A stretch of DNA of 64,000 nt from a virus. Shown here in pieces: positions 52,033 through 58,687 of the stretch. The position numbers and the translations under genes are program-made. The stretch's first letter is position 1. Every line of letters starts with the position of its first letter. Where the stretch lies: the IMG/VR virus record IMGVR_UViG_3300040786_000066. One strand, given 5' to 3'. The notes under the pieces are model-generated. The model saw only the letters and a list, made by a program, of their open reading frames with translations, was not told the origin of the DNA and did no database searches.

Positions 52033-53078
52033 TTAGCTTAGTTTATTTTGTTGGGCAATAAAAATACCGCCATTTCTTTTGTAGTCAAATTCAACTGGGG
52101 CTTTGTCAAGCTCTCTTTGTGCTTTTCTGTACGCTCTTTTCTCCTGTCTCATCTCTTGCCTAGATTGCTCTGGACGAGCAATTCTTATAGGGTCCATAGA
52201 TCTATCAGTAGTAGCTGGCTTTTTTAGTGCCATAATCTGAGCAGACACTTCTTTATCCCTTGCATTAATTGCAGCAGTGGTTTTGATTCCTCTAATTCCG
52301 TCAACGTCTTTGTCGGTAAATCCAAGACTAATCTGTGTTTGTTTCATGGCCTCAAGTGCCGCCATAGATTTAGTTCCCATGATTCCGTCTACTTTCACAC
52401 CTAGCGTACGTTGTATCATTTTGTTTCTAGCAACCTCAGGAGAATCTTTACCGGCTCCCTCAGTTTTAGTTTCCCAGCAGCGGTCTTTTCTTTAGATCCA
52501 GTAGGCATATTTTTCTAACAATCTCTTCTTTTGCCGCATCTACTACAGCTTTACGATTAGCCGGATCTACATATGAAGGTATCTTAGCGATAAAATCTTT
52601 AGTGGCCTGTCTGTCAACCGGTGCTACATAGCTAGGAATTTTATTTATGAAGTCTTTAGTAGCCTGTCTGTCAATCGGTGCCACATACTTAGGGATCTTA
52701 GCAATAAAATCTTTAGTAGACTGCCTATCAACAGGATTTACATACTTAGGTATTTTATCTATATATGCCTGGGAAGCTAAAGCCTGCTTTTCTTTACCGT
52801 CTTTATAAGAAGGTATCTTAGCAATAAAATCCTTAGTAACTTTACGATTAACTGGTGCTACATAGCTAGGAATTTTATCTATATATTAGCGGCGGCAGCT
52901 TCTTTGCTAGATTTTTTGGCCCCAACAGGTGTGATCGATATTGATTAGAATCTTGTGAAAGATCCTCCGGCTGATAAACAAGAGGCCTGCCTTTACCACC
53001 AAAATTACGGGGAGCTATTGGAATGATATTTCCCAATTGAAATGCCTGGACAGTTTTAATATGTTTATAATAACTCAT
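52033..53078 (-). CDS. protein with 19-aa tandem repeats and C-terminal peptidoglycan-binding-like motifs, frameshifted
   Basis: (APVDRQATKDFIAKIPSYV)n, then IQRTLGVKVDGIMGTKS and VDGIRGIKT. Confidence 0.6.
52555..52885. repeat. 57-bp imperfect tandem repeat, about 5-6 copies
   Basis: Recurring atcttagcaataaaatctttagt...ctgtc units. Confidence 0.8.
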
Positions 53079-53120
53079 CTTGAATACATGTATTGATTAA
53101 AATTATTTTTTTATATACTA

Positions 53121-53580
53121 TCATAATACTTTATTTAGTAATAAAAATACCTCTGAGCTAAACTCCTTGCTCTTTAAATCCACCTTTCTTAATCTAGAGT
53201 CTTTATTTTTATTTTCTTTTATGATACTAGAACCCAAGGTAGTAGACAAATAAATTATATAATTGTTCTTAATATCGTCAACAGCGCGCTCAGAAACAGA
53301 CAGCTTGCTGCCTATTAAGAGCACGTCTTCTTTATTGCCAGGAAGTATAACAGACTTAGTTCGCTGCACATATCCCAACATAACTAGGACTTCAAGGCCT
53401 ACAAAATAGTACCCAAACTTGTTCTGTGATAGCTCCCATTCTGTGGTGGGGTCGTTAAGTCTAATGTTTTGTTTTCAAGAAGGTCTTGCACCAAAGAATG
53501 CAGGGTGACGTAAGGAAGGAATACTCCTTTGTCCACGGAGGCAATAAACTCGTCAAACTTCCTCCAGGGCGAAACCATTC
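53121..53580 (-). CDS. hypothetical protein, frameshifted
   Basis: ORF 53121-53381 plus an upstream fragment. Confidence 0.4.
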
Positions 53581-53589
53581 AGTTGCCCC

Positions 53590-53942
53590 GTTTAGTTTAT
53601 AGTCTTCGTTAACTATTCTGTTATCAGCGTACTTCGCGTGCAGAATATCTTCAACGTCTTTGTTGACTAAGGCTATTGGAGTACTTTGCCCCTAACACAC
53701 AGGCTCTTAAACCTGGCATGAGGGTCAGCGGTCTTGCCTATCTTATAAATATTTTTTTGAATGTCTTTAAGAACGTAGGTGTATACAAGCTTGTTTTCGT
53801 GTGATTCGTAAATAGCTTTCTCCTGGATATCGATAATATCCTTCTTTAATCCTTTGTTCTTTGCGCGTTCTGCAGACTTCTTTCTTTCGTATGAATCTGC
53901 GCTATATGTTTTGGTTTCTTCACTTGAGTCGTGCTTTAGCAT
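53590..53942 (-). CDS. GIY-YIG-like (T5orf172/MUG113-type) domain protein
   Basis: YTYVLKD...IYKIGKTADPHARFKSL. Confidence 0.65.
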
Positions 53943-54680
53943 CTCAATCTTTTAAGCAACACTTCAATACGTTTGTTAAGCACTACGATCTCTTCCTCAA
54001 AAGAAGCAAAGTTTTCGAAGATGTTAACTTTCGCACGAAGTTCCCTGTGCTCTAAGAGAAGTTTTTCTTCAGAATCCAACATAATGCTAGACACGTCTAG
54101 GATCTGAATCCCTTCGCCTATAGCACTATCTAACAAGTATCCCTTGGAATCTAAGTCTTCCAGAATTAGGTTTAAAGCCCTTCTCGATACACCAGTTTCT
54201 TTAACAAGAGCGGTAATGTTGCTGATGTTTGAAATTCTTTTTCTCCTAGCATGATGACTTTTATTATAAAAGCCTTCACGGAATGGGAGAGGTCCGGTCG
54301 AGAAATGAATGAGTAGGTTATGATTTGGTATTTGATTCGTAATTTGAGAATATTGGAAACGTAAGAAGTGCCTATTTTGTTTCTGAAAAGGAAGTTATTA
54401 TCCCTTTATCCTCCAGGTCTTTAATGCATTTTCTTACAGTGTTCTTGCTCAACCCCAGTACGGTAGTAAATGTTTCTAGTGAAAGAATTCTCCTGTCACC
54501 TCCTAATTTATAAGTAGAATCCAGAAACTGGTCTATATCTATAAAAGCCAAAACGATTAGGCTTTTTGAGTCTATGTTATCGAGCTGGAAAGGAACCCTG
54601 GAATGTTTTCCAAAAGCTGTGTCTTCCTTACCTCTGTGGGTTTCTATCTTTATCTTGTTGGTCTTATTTACTGCTGTCAT
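53936..54680 (-). CDS. winged HTH DNA-binding protein(s), probably joined to the downstream GIY-YIG module
   Basis: VLGLSKNTVRKCIKDLEDKGII and KETGVSRRALNLILEDLDSKGY HTH segments. Confidence 0.55.
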
Positions 54681-54806
54681 TTCTTATATATCTAGTGGAT
54701 AAATGTACTGAAAATATGCATGATCCCTCTCTAATAATACACTATTTTAATGTAATGCACCCTCTGGATAAAGTTCCATGAAAACTCTGAAAAATAAATA
54801 CTGCTT

Positions 54807-54839
54807 TTGTTGCAAGGCAGCATATTTTTGCTATATTTG
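54807..54839 (+). promoter_or_regulatory. Bacteroidota sigma-A-type promoter, tRNA operon 1
   Basis: -7 box TATATTTG (54832-54839), with TTTG/TTG upstream. Confidence 0.65.
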
Positions 54840-54844
54840 TAATC

Positions 54845-54913
54845 ATGAAAGCAATACTACTTCATATAGAACAACCACGACCGCTACTTTGTAACGGAGG
54901 AACTTCTGTATGA
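54845..54913 (+). CDS. attenuator leader peptide 1, MKAILLHIEQPRPLLCNGGTSV
   Basis: Intact 22-codon ORF between promoter and terminator; codons CTA, CAT, GAA, CAA, CCA, CCG match the downstream tRNAs. Confidence 0.75.
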   Translation: MKAILLHIEQPRPLLCNGGTSV

Positions 54914-54951
54914 TAGGCTGATTAAATAAAAATCGTCTTAGACACATATAC

Positions 54952-54980
54952 AAAATCCTTCTAGCAATAGAGGGATTTTT
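54952..54980 (+). terminator. attenuator terminator 1
   Basis: AAAATCCTTCTA-GCAA-TAGAGGGATTTTT, 6 nt before tRNA-Pro. Confidence 0.85.
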
Positions 54981-54986
54981 GCATTT

Positions 54987-55062
54987 CGGGGTGTAGCGTA
55001 GCCCGGTCTATCGCGCCTGCTTTGGGAGCAGGAGGTCGCAGGTTCAAATCCTGCCACCCCGA
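54987..55062 (+). tRNA. tRNA-Pro(TGG)
   Basis: Cloverleaf; CCTGC-TT TGG GA-GCAGG; GGTTCAAATCC. Confidence 0.95.
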
Positions 55063-55067
55063 CAAAT

Positions 55068-55142
55068 TCAGTAGATACAGTAATTGGAAACTGGTAACTG
55101 GCTGGGTCAGTGCATGGAAGGTTCGAATCCTTTCTACTTGAC
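55068..55142 (+). tRNA. atypical tRNA-like gene, anticodon unresolved (possibly Pro-GGG with a collapsed G run)
   Basis: D arm CAGT/ACTG, T arm GAAGGTTCGAATCCTTT, anticodon arm ACTGG-CTGGG-TCAGT with a 5-nt loop. Confidence 0.55.
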
Positions 55143-55180
55143 AAAGATGTTTATGCTTTTAACTTTAAAATAAAGCGCAC

Positions 55181-55252
55181 GGCGCCATCGTCTAACGGTT
55201 AGGACAGCAGGTTTTCATCCTGCAGATAGGAGTTCGATTCTCCTTGGCGCTA
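55181..55252 (+). tRNA. tRNA-Glu(TTC)
   Basis: GCAGG-TT TTC AT-CCTGC. Confidence 0.93.
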
Positions 55253-55257
55253 CAAAC

Positions 55258-55328
55258 TGGAGTATGGTGTAATGGTAACACAACTGTTTTTGGAGCAGTC
55301 GTTTTGGGTTCGAGTCCCGATATTCCTA
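55258..55328 (+). tRNA. tRNA-Gln(TTG)
   Basis: ACTGT-TT TTG GA-GCAGT. Confidence 0.9.
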
Positions 55329-55337
55329 CTAATACAT

Positions 55338-55423
55338 GGTGTTTGTTGCAGAGCGGTCAAATGCGCCAGGTTGTGGTCCTGGTACCCGTAAGGGTTTCGT
55401 GGGTTCGATTCCATCATTCACCC
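55338..55423 (+). tRNA. tRNA-His(GTG) with long variable arm
   Basis: CCAGG-TT GTG GT-CCTGG; G-1 and C73; extra hairpin ACCC-GTAA-GGGT. Confidence 0.85.
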
Positions 55424-55643
55424 AAAATACAATAATATGTTAGTAGATAAAAGAAGAGAAGAGGCCTTGAAAAGTCTGTACTACCTTGGGGAATAGCTGT
55501 TCAGATAAAAGACAGGTGCTATGGCAAAGTTATTGATAATTATAGGCATACAAATACCTGTATTGCTGTTATACCTTCAGATAAGACTTGTGTTGAATTC
55601 TATAGAATAGAGGAACTGGCAGTACAATAATAATAATGAATAA

Positions 55644-55725
55644 GCCTTCGTGATGAAATTGGTAGACATGCTAGATTTAGGATCTAGTGTCGCAAGACGT
55701 GTTGGTTCGAGTCCGACCGAAGGTA
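55644..55725 (+). tRNA. tRNA-Leu(TAG)
   Basis: CTAGA-TT TAG GA-TCTAG; class II variable arm. Confidence 0.95.
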
Positions 55726-55779
55726 CATATTAAATATTTAGTGATTCATAGTTCGAAAATAATTTACTATATTTGAACT

Positions 55780-56251
55780 ATGGAAAATAAAAAAAAGCTG
55801 TAGCAAGTAGATTAGGTTTTGTAGTAACAGAAGAAGGAGTTGCATACAATAAAAAAGTATTGTAGGATACAAAGATCCCAGAGGGTATTGCAGATTTACT
55901 TTTAAGCTAGTAGGAGTTTCAATAAACATAGCTATTCATAGGCTGCAAGCTTTTCAGAAGTATGGAGACCTCCTTTATGAAGAAGGTACAGTTGTTCGAC
56001 ATTTAAACGGTGATCCAGGAAGTAATGCTTGGGACAATATAGCAATAGGCACTATGTCAGACAACATGTTTGATATCCCTAAGCAAATAAGAATTCGAAG
56101 AGCTGAGCATGCGTCTTCTTTGTCACACAAGCACGATCACGTTAAAATTAAACAGTGGCACATAAATAACGGAGCATCTTATAAAAATACAATGATAGAA
56201 TTTGACATATCAAGCAAAGGCACATTAAATTATATACTAAAGAAAAGTTAA
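55780..56251 (+). CDS. HNH homing endonuclease, frameshifted
   Basis: IHRLQAF..YG...VVRHLNGDPGSNAWDNIAIGTMSDN motif with a C-terminal HTH-like segment. Confidence 0.8.
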
Positions 56252-56257
56252 ATAAAG

Positions 56258-56289
56258 TTTGGTAGTTAATACAACTTGTATTACATTTG
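56258..56289 (+). promoter_or_regulatory. Bacteroidota sigma-A-type promoter, tRNA operon 2
   Basis: TTTG (56258) - 20 nt - TACATTTG (56282-56289). Confidence 0.7.
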
Positions 56290-56318
56290 GCTTTCAATAT
56301 AAAACAAAAACACTTTCA

Positions 56319-56399
56319 GTGAACACAGCAATAAACATAGCAGTAGTAATTATGACCGGGGCCGATATGGCTTTGGAAGGATCTACGTGGTATGGCTAA
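56319..56399 (+). CDS. attenuator leader peptide 2, (M)NTAINIAVVIMTGADMALEGSTWYG
   Basis: GTG-start 26-codon ORF. The in-frame upstream KTKTLS suggests a true ATG near 56299 lost to an indel. Codons match the Ala/Ile/Gly/Met/Asp/Thr/Val tRNAs downstream. Confidence 0.72.
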   Translation: MNTAINIAVVIMTGADMALEGSTWYG

Positions 56400-56424
56400 A
56401 TTGAAAGCACATATAAAATAACAC

Positions 56425-56460
56425 AAAGATCCTTCTAGAAATAGAGGGATCTTTTTTTTT
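56425..56460 (+). terminator. attenuator terminator 2
   Basis: AAAGATCCTTCTA-GAAA-TAGAGGGATC-T9. Confidence 0.88.
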
Positions 56461-56530
56461 AGGTAAGCTCTATTGGACGAGCACCTGTTTTGCATACAGG
56501 AGGTTGCGGGTTCGGGTCCCGTCTATTCCA
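56459..56530 (+). tRNA. tRNA-Ala(TGC), 5' acceptor strand incomplete in this sequence
   Basis: CCTGT-TT TGC AT-ACAGG; T arm intact; the 5' end merges with the terminator T run. Confidence 0.75.
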
Positions 56531-56537
56531 CAATAAT

Positions 56538-56610
56538 AGAAGTATAACTCAGTTGGTAGAGTGCCCGCCTGATACGTGGGTTGTCGTAGGTTCGAGCCCT
56601 GCTACTTCTA
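56538..56610 (+). tRNA. tRNA-Ile(GAT)
   Basis: CCCGC-CT GAT AC-GTGGG. Confidence 0.92.
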
Positions 56611-56622
56611 CAAAATTTAAAC

Positions 56623-56697
56623 GCAGCAATCGCATAGTTGGTCAATTGTACCTGACTTCCAATCAGGATATCGTGAGTTCGAATCTCACTTGCTGCA
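56623..56697 (+). tRNA. tRNA-Gly(TCC)
   Basis: CCTGA-CT TCC AA-TCAGG. Confidence 0.92.
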
Positions 56698-56707
56698 CAG
56701 AATATAT

Positions 56708-56780
56708 TGCGAGATAGAGCAGCGGTAGCTCGTGGGTTTCATAAGCCTAAGGTCGTGGGTTCGAATCCCACTCTTCGCAA
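56708..56780 (+). tRNA. tRNA-Met(CAT), initiator-like D arm
   Basis: TGGGT-TT CAT AA-GCCTA; GAGCAGCGGTAGCTCG. Confidence 0.88.
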
Positions 56781-56785
56781 CAAAT

Positions 56786-56859
56786 GGTATTGCAGCATAT
56801 TGGCGTATGACGCTCCCCTGTCACGGGAGAGATTGAGGATTCGAATTCCTTCAGTACCG
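56786..56859 (+). tRNA. tRNA-Asp(GTC)
   Basis: CTCCC-CT GTC AC-GGGAG; G73. Confidence 0.9.
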
Positions 56860-56865
56860 CAACAT

Positions 56866-56938
56866 TCCCGAGTAGCTCAGTTGGTAGAGCGCTTGCCTTG
56901 TAAGCAAGATGTCGCAGGTTCAAGCCCTGTCTTGGGAT
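56866..56938 (+). tRNA. tRNA-Thr(TGT)
   Basis: CTTGC-CT TGT AA-GCAAG. Confidence 0.95.
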
Positions 56939-56942
56939 CTAT

Positions 56943-57017
56943 GCAGCAATAGCTCAGTTGGTTCAGAGCGTCTGGTTTACACCCAGAGGGTCGTAGGTTC
57001 GAATCCTTCTTGCTGTA
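56943..57017 (+). tRNA. tRNA-Val(TAC)
   Basis: TCTGG-TT TAC AC-CCAGA. Confidence 0.93.
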
Positions 57018-57022
57018 CAAAT

Positions 57023-57095
57023 CGCCCCATAGCTCAGTAGGTAGAGCACTCCCCTCATAAGGGATAGGTCACGAGTTCGAATCTCGTTGAGGCAA
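57023..57095 (+). tRNA. tRNA-CAT (elongator Met or lysidine-modified Ile2)
   Basis: TCCC-CT CAT AA-GGGA; standard D and T arms. Confidence 0.85.
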
Positions 57096-57115
57096 CTAAT
57101 TATTTTAACAAATAC

Positions 57116-57146
57116 TTGCACCGTATGTGTTATAGTAGTATATTTA
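57116..57146 (+). promoter_or_regulatory. Bacteroidota sigma-A-type promoter, tRNA operon 3
   Basis: TTG (57116) ... TATATTTA (57139-57146), one mismatch to TAnnTTTG. Confidence 0.55.
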
Positions 57147-57162
57147 CAGCTTAGAAAATAAA

Positions 57163-57234
57163 ATGAAAACACTTTCTTGTTCATATAATAGTTTTAATTC
57201 TTGGTTCTTCGGACCGAGCAAGACTATCGTATGA
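57163..57234 (+). CDS. attenuator leader peptide 3, MKTLSCSYNSFNSWFFGPSKTIV
   Basis: Intact 23-codon ORF; codons 5-16 are all Ser/Cys/Tyr/Asn/Phe/Trp, the tRNA set downstream. Confidence 0.8.
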   Translation: MKTLSCSYNSFNSWFFGPSKTIV

Positions 57235-57264
57235 TAAAGTGAACAACATATAAATCATCGAATT

Positions 57265-57295
57265 AAAGTCTTGCAGAAATGCAGGGCTTTTTTTT
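57265..57295 (+). terminator. attenuator terminator 3
   Basis: AAAGTCTTGCA-GAAA-TGCAGGGC-T8. Confidence 0.88.
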
Positions 57296-57304
57296 GTTTA
57301 ATAA

Positions 57305-57389
57305 GAGAGTCCAAAGTCAGCTTGGATCTGGCAGCCGGACTGTAAATCCGGTCTTGTTACGGGGAGAGGTTCGAGTCCTCGGGTTCTCA
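57305..57389 (+). tRNA. tRNA-Tyr(GTA)
   Basis: CCGGA-CT GTA AA-TCCGG; long variable arm. Confidence 0.85.
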
Positions 57390-57396
57390 CAATAAA

Positions 57397-57484
57397 GGAA
57401 GGTTAATCCAAGTTGGTCTAAGGGATGCGGTCTTGAAAACCGTTAGTCGTAATTGGCGTGTGGGTTCGAGTCCTACACCTTCCG
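57397..57484 (+). tRNA. tRNA-Ser(TGA)
   Basis: GCGGT-CT TGA AA-ACCGT; long variable arm; G73. Confidence 0.92.
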
Positions 57485-57488
57485 CAAC

Positions 57489-57576
57489 AGAAGAATGTCC
57501 GAGAGGCTGAAAGAGCTCGTCCGCTAAACGAGTGTGCATGGAATATGGCACCGTGGGTTCGAATCCACTTCTTCTA
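57489..57576 (+). tRNA. tRNA-Ser(GCT)
   Basis: CTCGT-CC GCT AA-ACGAG (C at position 33); long variable arm. Confidence 0.82.
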
Positions 57577-57583
57577 CAAATAT

Positions 57584-57656
57584 TCTTGTGTAGCTCAGTG
57601 GTCAGAGCGTCCGACTGTTAATCGGAGGGCCGTAGGTTCAAATCCTACCTCAAGAG
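57584..57656 (+). tRNA. tRNA-Asn(GTT)
   Basis: TCCGA-CT GTT AA-TCGGA. Confidence 0.95.
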
Positions 57657-57662
57657 CAAAAT

Positions 57663-57736
57663 ACGCTGGTGTCCGAGTGGTCCAAGGAAGATGTCTGCAA
57701 AACTGAAGAGCGTGAGTTCGAATCTCACCCGGCGTT
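57663..57736 (+). tRNA. tRNA-Cys(GCA)
   Basis: Loop CT GCA AA and U73; anticodon stem weak as sequenced. Confidence 0.8.
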
Positions 57737-57814
57737 CTAGAATCTACAGACTGTAGCGTGCTGTAGCTCTATCTTGTTGCCAATAAAATAAGACCTAATT
57801 TTAAAGTAAACATA

Positions 57815-58145
57815 ATGAATACAAGTACAAAACAAACTGAAAATTTAGCCAAATGTAGCGATAAGTCAAAACCATTGTTAGTGGCAGTTACTTGTCAATT
57901 AACTGAACGTGGTTTTCAACTAAAAACAGAGATAAAGTTAATGATGATAGGTTAGGTATAAAATTATCTTTTACAAATGAAGTTGGTAAATATGTTGAAA
58001 TTTACGATGAAGATACTTATTTGCATATTTTGCATTATGGATTTGATGGCAAATATTTACCTATTGGGTTTGATGTTTTATTTATAAAGATATTAAAAAA
58101 TATGGCGCGTTTTTAGACGGTATTTTGGCTAATTGCCTGTAGCAC
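57815..58145 (+). CDS. small hypothetical protein inserted in tRNA operon 3, frameshifted
   Basis: MNTSTKQTENLAKCSDKSKPLLVAVTCQLTERGFQLK...; AT-rich. Confidence 0.45.
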
Positions 58146-58211
58146 TTTGCTAAACGATATCAACTTAAGAGTGAGCCTTGTTATGATTGTCAAAAGTTGC
58201 TACAGTAAAAT

Positions 58212-58284
58212 AGTCGCCAGCATAATGGCATGCAGCAGGTCTCCAACACCTTGCATGGATGAGGTTCGATTCCTCAGGTGATTG
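58212..58284 (+). tRNA. tRNA-Trp(CCA)
   Basis: AGGT-CT CCA AC-ACCT; TGAGGTTCGATTCCTCA; G73. Confidence 0.8.
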
Positions 58285-58287
58285 CTA

Positions 58288-58358
58288 AGGAAAGTAGCTC
58301 AGGGTAGAGCACCAGATTGAAGATCTGGGTGTCGGTGGTTCGAGACCACCTTTTCCCA
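58288..58358 (+). tRNA. tRNA-Phe(GAA)
   Basis: CCAGA-TT GAA GA-TCTGG. Confidence 0.88.
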
Positions 58359-58592
58359 CTTATAAACCTACTGTTTATTTAATAAGCTAACACGTACTAA
58401 AAACTTGAGTTAAATTTTAATAGTATAAATTTGGTTATTATATTAATTTTAGTATATTCGTAGTCCCAAACCATTTGTTATGTATATGCTATTTTTTACT
58501 GTTGGAGTAGTTATAGGTATTATTCTATATCGTTTCTTTGCGACGATCCAAAATTAGCAAATAACCAGACAAAATCAAACCTACTAAAACCA

Positions 58593-58619
58593 AGCCCTGC
58601 CCCAAGCAAGGCTTTTTTT
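58593..58619 (+). terminator. intrinsic terminator closing the tRNA region
   Basis: AAGCCCTGC-CCCAA-GCAAGGCTTTTTT. Confidence 0.65.
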
Positions 58620-58687
58620 ATATGCCTCGGTTTCTGCTTTCTTTAAAACCTGATTTTAGTATTATAATAAGTACTAGCACATTCGAT

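Noticed and set aside
209-52495. Many + strand ORFs antisense to the structural genes
   Set aside because: They are shadow ORFs of the - strand genes, with no recognisable motifs or expression signals.
52555-52885. CRISPR array or mini-array near the Cas4-like nuclease
   Set aside because: The repeats are contiguous, in-frame coding units with synonymous variation and no unique spacers.
54845-57295. T-box riboswitches as the tRNA-operon leaders
   Set aside because: There is no TGGNACC T-box bulge and no long Stem I. The leaders are short and contain codon-matched ORFs, which fits ribosome-mediated attenuation instead.
57397-57484. tRNA-Ser(TGA) or tRNA-Leu(TAG) as nonsense suppressors
   Set aside because: These are anticodons written 5'->3' and read TCA and CTA codons, so they are ordinary tRNAs.
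54938-57706. ORF-track entries overlapping the tRNA array (e.g. 54938-55144, 55244-55435, 56490-56952, 56963-57184, 57458-57706)
   Set aside because: They are translations of tRNA genes, not proteins.
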